Shown in pieces: positions 43,281 through 49,520 of a DNA stretch of 49,520 bases (the stretch's first letter is position 1; each line of letters begins with the position of its first letter). This DNA comes from an uncultured Pseudobdellovibrionaceae bacterium (GTDB lineage: Bacteria > Bdellovibrionota > Bdellovibrionia > Bdellovibrionales > UBA840). The DNA lies in contig CAZZCP010000009.1 in assembly GCA_964653235.1 (NCBI GenBank), positions 1 to 49,520 on the forward strand. The letters are read 5' to 3'. Made by a program: the position numbers and the translations under genes. Below the pieces are notes generated by a model. The model did no database searches. It had not been told where the DNA came from and saw only the letters and a program-made list of their open reading frames with translations.

Positions 43281-46200
43281 ATGTCTATGAGAAAAGTATC
43301 TCTTAGTCTTTATATTCTTATGTTGTTTGTTTTCACAGCCTGTGAGGACAACTATCAAGGTGGTAACTTGGAGTCTGAGTTTCAAGGACTACTCACTGCC
43401 ACTTCAATTTCGCCATACACTGTTCATTTGACTTGGGAGAAAGAGAGTGACAAATTTATTTCTTTCAACATTTACCAAAGTGGAATCAACGACCCTATTC
43501 GCAACGAAACCTTTGCAAGAGCGAACATCGGATCATTACAGCCCAACACAAGTTACAATTTTACAGTAACTGCAATCAAATCAGACGGAATCGAAGAAGG
43601 TAGAGTTGACAATATTCGAACTGCAAGAACCTTCCCTAAATTTGAGGGTCTTGATACTAATGCTCTTACAGTTGTTTCTGCAACTCGAATTGATATGGAT
43701 TTTTTTGTACAAGATCCTAGTGTTGAGTACAAGATTTATGTACGCAAAGAGGGGGAGACTTGGGATTTTCTAACGCCAAATCTGATTTACAACGAAGAAA
43801 ATCGATCGCTCTTTGTCACTGGTTTAGAGGGAGGTACAAAATACTGCTTCTATGCTACGGCCACCTATTTAGATGGCGTGACTGAGCCTGCTACTGATGA
43901 TGTTGCAAGGGTAAATGCCAATGCACCTTGTGCGACCACCAACTCCTCACTTCTTAACATCCCTGCTGTATCGATCAACAATGTAACTCCCGGGCGCTTT
44001 CCTTGGTTTGCGGCACGAGCTGGAGACCCAACCTATACAATTGAGGTCTTTGATCGCTTGAATGATCTCAGGGTGGCTTCTAGAATCGGAAACGGAAATT
44101 TTCGCTCTTTTGAAACCATCACTCCAGGAGTGAAAGACTATTATGCTGTTGTACGAAGTCCAGATGGAGAACAGGCAACTATTGATGTAACACTTTCTGG
44201 AACCTCAACAGAGAAAACCCAAACTCGTTATTATGAGAGTTCTGGTACAAATGGCCCCAATTATCCAATATTACAAGGAAATGGTCGGGGACAACAAAGG
44301 CTAGGGCAAAATGTTGCTCGCGGCGACTTTAACTGTGATGGTGTTGATGATTTAGCTGTTGCCGCACCCAATGCGACTCCATACATTACCCCGCGAAATA
44401 ATGATCGCGTCGGTGCAGTTGTGGTTTACTACGGAGTGGACCCTCCTTTTGACCCGATCACATTGACCAATCCACCACCCTTTTTAGACACTTCAGGAAC
44501 ACCCACTGAGGCTGCGATTGCGCCGAATCCTCAATTGATTTATTTTCCTGTTACTTTTAATGACGTTAGTTTGGGACGAAGACTTGCTGTAGGAAACGTC
44601 AACGGCGATTGCCGAAGAACCAATGCAAGCCCTACAACTGGCAACTGCGATACTATTTTAGCTGCTACTTTTAGCTCTGATTACCCGACAATTCACTCAT
44701 GTGATGATCTTGCGATGACCAATGATCGAGGCGAAGTTTTTGTTGTTTTTGGAGACCCACTTTCGGGACTGGTTTCTGGCTCTGGAGGAAACAACTTTGG
44801 TATCAATGAGACAACTTGTTCTTCTACTTGTAGAACCGTTAGACTTACGCCGCCCGCAGACTATTCTGATTATGGCCGATCTATCGCTTTTGGAGATTAT
44901 AACAATGATGGCTATGATGACTTAGCAATCTATGCATTCAATGATCTCAGTGGCTATCCTGAAATACATGTTCTGCGCGGCTCAGCTCAAGGAGTTACGC
45001 CTTTTGGGCTTAGCTCTAATTTTCCGACAATTCGATCTGAAAGTGCTGCTCAATTTGCTTTTATTGATGGTGCCGTAACTACAAATGATGACTTTGGTTT
45101 TTCAATAGCTACTGCCTACAACTCTCGTGATTGTTTGATTTCGAATGGCTTTCGTCCTGGTATTTCTTCGGCTGATTTAGGCTATGATGAGCAAAAATGT
45201 GATGATTTGGTCATTGGTGCTCCGTCTCGCTCTACAGATCGAGGTTCTATCTTTACCTGCAAAGGCGAATTTACGGGTATAAACTTAGATGATTGGACAT
45301 GTGTTGAACACTATCCCGCAGAGCTAGAGACCCCGACACGCATTACTGCAAATTATGGATGGTCAATTCTTGGTGTTGAAAACCAAAATGGCTATCCTCT
45401 TGACAATGTTACAGGTGCACCTAATGTGGGAGATATCGCTGGCGCCCTTTTTGTAGGTGCCCCAGGAGCAAATGTAAGCGGTGAAGATAATGCCGGAAAA
45501 GTCTATGGCTATTATGTGACTCCTACATCTCAGGGCCAAACTGCGGGTGGAATTCAAGGAATACTAGGAGCTGCTCCACACGATATCAATGCCCCCAATA
45601 TGATTCCTTGTGATGCTGTAAACAAAAACGTGAGCTCTACCGCCGGACTACATTGTCACCACCAAAGTTTGATCGCTTCACCTCCTGAAGAAAATGCACA
45701 ATTTGGATATTCATTGGCGAGTATTCCTGATGTCGAAGATGGTGCCCGCGGCTTACCTTCTCTTGCAGTTGGAGCCCCCTTTAAAAACCAGTTTAGTCCA
45801 GGTGGCGGAACTATCAATAATGCCGGAGCCATCTATCTATTTCGGCCAGATACTTCTACTTTTGGTATTGATAGCGCAAGCCAAGTGACGCAGACCATTC
45901 GAACTGCAAATACCAATATATCTTGCAACTCTGCAGCGAGCCCCTTGAATTGTACTTGGTATAGCGGTGGTGTGAGTCCATTTGGTCCTTCGATTGTTTA
46001 TCCATTAGACCTCAATAGCGACGCCAACTTTGGTTTATCTATTGCTGGTGGTGATTTTAATGGTGATGCTCTGGGAGATATCATGGGTGCAGCACCTGGT
46101 TTGACTGAAGTCACTTCGGACAACGGCGCACTCTACAGCTTTTTCTCAATTGGAAACTTTGGTGCAGTCGTAAATAATGAAGATTTAAAAGTCGATGAAA

Positions 46201-47819
46201 ATATCTCAAAAGATCTTGGTTATCAATACCAAATGGCTAGAGTGATAGGCGATATCAATGCCGATGGTTTTGATGATGTTGTAAGCAAAGTCAGTTGGGG
46301 TAATGCGACTCAGTTGATTTTGTTTTATGGATCTATTTCAGGTTTGATCACAACGCCAGCCCCAAGCATCAATCCGATTGGACTTAGCCCTCTTATTATT
46401 AACGTAAATGCAGATAACAATGCTGGAGAAGAGTTCTTTCCTGCCGGCTCTATCAATGGTGATGCCTATGATGACATTCTTTTGTTTGGCGATGATGGTG
46501 CTTATATTTACAATGGCTCTTTCTCTGGTCTGGTTGCGGGCATTCAGCCTAGTATACAACCAATCGGAAACAATCCTCTTTTCTTTGCTAGATGGACTGA
46601 CGCAACAGGTGTCTATTTAAGACCAAGTATTGGCAACTTCAATGCATTTAATAACTCTTATAATTACTCTATGCATAGAGTTTCACATGGTGATTTTAAT
46701 GGTGATGGTTTTGAAGATCTTGCCATCGGCATGGATCACAATCTTGTCTTGCCTGCAGATGCCAATCCAGATGCCTTGGATTACTCTGCTGCCAATGATG
46801 GCCGTGTCTACATTCTCTATGGCTCTAAAGATGGACTGCAGGTTCCTAGAAACTTTGGGACTATTCAAATCTCTGATGGCTCGACCGATACAGCATATGA
46901 TGTGGTTTCAAAAAACCCCTGTACACCAGGTGCCGATCCGGTCTGTAAAGTACAAATGATTGCCGAAAATACTGGTAATGGTGAGCTTTTTGGCTTTAGC
47001 CTTGCTGCCATTGAATCTTTTGAGTTTAGCTCGGGTGAATTTTTTGATGAATTGGTTGTTGGTGATCCGAATCACTCTTCAAATGATGGCCGTGTTTTCT
47101 TATACAAAGGTACACCTCTTGGGTTAAATCCTGCAAGTTTACAAACCTTAGTACCCAAATTTAGTGACAATCAGTTTGGTCGATCGATCGCTTATGCCGG
47201 AGACATCAATAGAGATCTCTCTCCTGATATCGTAATTGGCGCGCCAGCTGACCCTGGATATGCCTATGTCTTTTACTCTGGTACAGTCGGAGGCCAAACT
47301 GCATTTTTTGGCGAAAGTGGCTTAAATGCCGGTGACTTCTGGGCCAGTGTCGGGCTCAACCAAATGCATGCTGACTTTACTCAACCTCACCCACAGGTAT
47401 TACAAAATTTTGGAGTGACTGATGTCGAAAACTTTGCTGAGGCTGTGGCTGGAGTACAAGATTTCAATCAAGATGGCTACAATGACATCATTGTTACTGC
47501 TCCACGAGGACTTTATAACAATGAAGTGACTCAAGCAGAAGTTGGCTACTCCATTCTTTACTTTGGCTCTGATCTTGGTGTACAGAGCCTTACTACTGCT
47601 TCTGAAACACCTCTCTGTGTACTTGGTGCAAGTCTTATTTGTGATCCATTTTTAATTTTTCTGCCTGATCGAGAAGAATTCGAAACCATGTATCTTTCAC
47701 CAAGCCCTTCTGGGGATATCAATGGTGATGGTATTCCGGAACTTATTCTCGGCGGTGTTGGAAGATCACACCCTAGCGGACAAGCTTTTGCTGTAGGAGT
47801 CTTTTATGTTATGTACTAA
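43281..47819 (+). CDS. giant lipoprotein with N-terminal FN3-like domains and multiple FG-GAP (integrin-alpha-like) repeats
   Basis: Lipobox VFTACED. FN3-like segments (SPYTVHLTWEKE..., TSYNFTVTA). At least 9 repeats of the GDFNGDGxxDLxxGAP type (GDFNCDGVDDLAVAAP, GDYNNDGYDDLAI, GDINADGFDDVV, GDINGDGIPELILGG). Confidence 0.85.
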   Translation: MSMRKVSLSLYILMLFVFTACEDNYQGGNLESEFQGLLTATSISPYTVHLTWEKESDKFISFNIYQSGINDPIRNETFARANIGSLQPNTSYNFTVTAIKSDGIEEGRVDNIRTARTFPKFEGLDTNALTVVSATRIDMDFFVQDPSVEYKIYVRKEGETWDFLTPNLIYNEENRSLFVTGLEGGTKYCFYATATYLDGVTEPATDDVARVNANAPCATTNSSLLNIPAVSINNVTPGRFPWFAARAGDPTYTIEVFDRLNDLRVASRIGNGNFRSFETITPGVKDYYAVVRSPDGEQATIDVTLSGTSTEKTQTRYYESSGTNGPNYPILQGNGRGQQRLGQNVARGDFNCDGVDDLAVAAPNATPYITPRNNDRVGAVVVYYGVDPPFDPITLTNPPPFLDTSGTPTEAAIAPNPQLIYFPVTFNDVSLGRRLAVGNVNGDCRRTNASPTTGNCDTILAATFSSDYPTIHSCDDLAMTNDRGEVFVVFGDPLSGLVSGSGGNNFGINETTCSSTCRTVRLTPPADYSDYGRSIAFGDYNNDGYDDLAIYAFNDLSGYPEIHVLRGSAQGVTPFGLSSNFPTIRSESAAQFAFIDGAVTTNDDFGFSIATAYNSRDCLISNGFRPGISSADLGYDEQKCDDLVIGAPSRSTDRGSIFTCKGEFTGINLDDWTCVEHYPAELETPTRITANYGWSILGVENQNGYPLDNVTGAPNVGDIAGALFVGAPGANVSGEDNAGKVYGYYVTPTSQGQTAGGIQGILGAAPHDINAPNMIPCDAVNKNVSSTAGLHCHHQSLIASPPEENAQFGYSLASIPDVEDGARGLPSLAVGAPFKNQFSPGGGTINNAGAIYLFRPDTSTFGIDSASQVTQTIRTANTNISCNSAASPLNCTWYSGGVSPFGPSIVYPLDLNSDANFGLSIAGGDFNGDALGDIMGAAPGLTEVTSDNGALYSFFSIGNFGAVVNNEDLKVDENISKDLGYQYQMARVIGDINADGFDDVVSKVSWGNATQLILFYGSISGLITTPAPSINPIGLSPLIINVNADNNAGEEFFPAGSINGDAYDDILLFGDDGAYIYNGSFSGLVAGIQPSIQPIGNNPLFFARWTDATGVYLRPSIGNFNAFNNSYNYSMHRVSHGDFNGDGFEDLAIGMDHNLVLPADANPDALDYSAANDGRVYILYGSKDGLQVPRNFGTIQISDGSTDTAYDVVSKNPCTPGADPVCKVQMIAENTGNGELFGFSLAAIESFEFSSGEFFDELVVGDPNHSSNDGRVFLYKGTPLGLNPASLQTLVPKFSDNQFGRSIAYAGDINRDLSPDIVIGAPADPGYAYVFYSGTVGGQTAFFGESGLNAGDFWASVGLNQMHADFTQPHPQVLQNFGVTDVENFAEAVAGVQDFNQDGYNDIIVTAPRGLYNNEVTQAEVGYSILYFGSDLGVQSLTTASETPLCVLGASLICDPFLIFLPDREEFETMYLSPSPSGDINGDGIPELILGGVGRSHPSGQAFAVGVFYVMY

Positions 47820-49520
47820 AAGATATTTGCTTTTATTACTGACTTCTTTTTTGCTTACCTCTTGTGAAGAAGGTGTTAAAAATGGATCTCTCGAAGCAGA
47901 GTTTTCGGGTTTGCAAACTGTTACGGCTCTTTCGCCCACCCAAGTGCGCTTGGCTTGGTCACTAGAAGAGGGCTATTCGGGCTATGAGATTTACAATACA
48001 GATATTCCTGAACCTATTCAGACCATTATTTTTGATAATATCACCCTAACTGATTTAACGCCCGATCATGAATACACTTTTAGTGTGCTTGCCGTCAGCG
48101 GTGCAGGAAAAGAAGGTGGAGACCGTGCTCTTACAGTGAGAACCTGGCCTCGCTTTCAAGGTATCGAAACAGCAGCACTTGATGTTGATGGCAATATTGA
48201 ACTCACATGGAACTATGATTTTCCGGTTCGCGAATTTTTGATCTTTTACCGCAAAGACGAAGCACCAACTGCTGCCAATACAAACAACTGGGAGATACCC
48301 GACGCAACCACTACCAATAACAGTATTACTTTTGAAGATCTAGACGGTGCATCCAATTACTACTTTGTAGTTCAAGCACGCTATACCGAAAATGAATACG
48401 AAAGAAACACCAAATCTTTAAATGCTCTTACTCCCTCAAACTTTCCGACACCCAACTTTACCTTGGCACCTATGAGTATTGGAGCGCTGCCTTTTGTGAT
48501 CTCAAACCCTATTGTCAATGCTCAGTACCCTGCTGCCAACTACACAACTCAGGTTTTTCGCAATGGCTCCCCCATTTCAAACCCATTGATTGGCCCAGGT
48601 ACAGTTTTGTTTTCTGACTCTATAGGCTTAAAACCAGGATTGGTTGATAATATTAGTGTTCGCTTTACCTACAATGATGGAACAATCAATGAGACCTTCG
48701 TATTCGCAGATCAACAAACCTATATTAAAGATCAAACGCAAAAGGTCGATCTTCCGCCCATTAACACTGACATTGGAGGTATTGCCAATTTTGGAACAAG
48801 CATGGCAAGTGGTGACTTTAACTGTGATGGATTTGAAGATTTAGCGGTCGGCCTGCCCCAGGCCTCAATCGGGATTTTAGGAAGTAGAAACTCAGCCACT
48901 GGCGCAGTCTATGTGTATTATTCGGCAGAAACTGCCCCCAGTAGCGGTATTTTTAGGTTGAAAACCAGTCCCGAACCCTTGCAAGAACCTGTAGAGCCCG
49001 GAATTGACCCACAAATTATTGCTTTTGATGATATGACTGCTAATGCGCAGTTCGGCTCCAGCATGGCAGCAAATGGCAATCTCAATGGCGACTCCCGTGC
49101 GGGTAACAGTTGTGATGACTTAATCGTTGGTGCCCCAGGGCAAGATAACCGCGGAGCGGCTTATGTCTTTTTTGGTTCAAGCATTGGCTTGGTTGCACCA
49201 AAGCATGAGCGCGACTTTTCCGTAAATGTCGAGACCTGCGACGGTAAAGTAGAAGATGCTACCTGTAGCCCAGTAAAACTCACAGCAGATCATGATCTCT
49301 TTGATATTCCCCTGGGTGGAAATTATGTAAGTTTTCAAAACCTGAACGGTGGTAATGATTCTTTTGGCAGTTCAGTTAGTTTTATCGGCGACTTTAATGC
49401 CGATGGTTCAACAGATATCGCCATCGGAGTGCCCTATGGAGATTGGGATGGCTATGCCAACAATGTTGTTTTAGACATCAATCGAATTTACAATGTCGGC
49501 TATGTCGCTCTTTACTCGGG
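47806..49520 (+). CDS. second FN3 + FG-GAP lipoprotein (paralog), 3'-partial at the window end
   Basis: Not in the ORF track because there is no stop. My own translation from ATG 47806 is MLCTKRYLLLLLTSFLLTSCEEG... (lipobox), then SPTQVRLAWSLEEG (FN3), GDFNCDGFEDLAVGLP and GDFNADGSTDIAIGVP. The frame is open to base 49520 and overlaps the previous gene by 14 nt. Confidence 0.8.
   Translation, partial: MLCTKRYLLLLLTSFLLTSCEEGVKNGSLEAEFSGLQTVTALSPTQVRLAWSLEEGYSGYEIYNTDIPEPIQTIIFDNITLTDLTPDHEYTFSVLAVSGAGKEGGDRALTVRTWPRFQGIETAALDVDGNIELTWNYDFPVREFLIFYRKDEAPTAANTNNWEIPDATTTNNSITFEDLDGASNYYFVVQARYTENEYERNTKSLNALTPSNFPTPNFTLAPMSIGALPFVISNPIVNAQYPAANYTTQVFRNGSPISNPLIGPGTVLFSDSIGLKPGLVDNISVRFTYNDGTINETFVFADQQTYIKDQTQKVDLPPINTDIGGIANFGTSMASGDFNCDGFEDLAVGLPQASIGILGSRNSATGAVYVYYSAETAPSSGIFRLKTSPEPLQEPVEPGIDPQIIAFDDMTANAQFGSSMAANGNLNGDSRAGNSCDDLIVGAPGQDNRGAAYVFFGSSIGLVAPKHERDFSVNVETCDGKVEDATCSPVKLTADHDLFDIPLGGNYVSFQNLNGGNDSFGSSVSFIGDFNADGSTDIAIGVPYGDWDGYANNVVLDINRIYNVGYVALYS

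Noticed and set aside
1-49520. Searched for CRISPR arrays, integrases, transposases, reverse transcriptases and rRNA
   Set aside because: I saw no spaced direct-repeat array. The only tandem repeats are short coding ones (18308-18356, 14049-14072, and CTGCAA x3 at 43125-43142). No ORF shows recombinase, DDE or RT motifs. This was a by-eye scan only.

Overview
This is a 49.5 kb chromosomal window from an AT-rich Gram-negative bacterium. It is rich in lipoproteins, secreted S8 proteases and FG-GAP adhesin-like proteins, which weakly suggests a Bdellovibrio-like predator; I cannot verify that. Recognisable housekeeping genes are ribA, tRNA-His(GTG), ftsK, a split lpxK, a Fur-family regulator with a TonB-dependent receptor and TonB, and a GGDEF cyclase. 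Three regions stand out. (1) A 5.5 kb islet sits directly 3' of tRNA-His (9.8-15.4 kb). It contains only small toxin-antitoxin-like gene pairs: RelE/ParE+RHH, BrnT+XRE, two HTH+nucleotidyltransferase pairs, an unrecognised toxin-like protein with a BrnA-like antitoxin, and a decayed copy of that toxin-like gene. The modules are separated by a structured ~63-nt direct repeat whose 3' end mimics the tRNA-His 3' end, and no integrase ORF is present. (2) A compact five-gene envelope operon (34.9-37.7 kb) encodes a thioredoxin-fold protein, two Met/His-motif YtkA/FixH-like proteins, a beta-barrel OMP with an N-terminal Cys-Cys, and a small membrane protein. Together with a divergent beta-helix lipoprotein, it is flanked by inverted copies of a MITE-like element. 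(3) Several genes are disrupted: lpxK (frameshift), a vWA paralog (nonsense codon at the MIDAS serine) and a PRC-barrel gene (stop, frameshift and an 18-bp duplication). All functional calls come from motifs read by eye. No database search was run.
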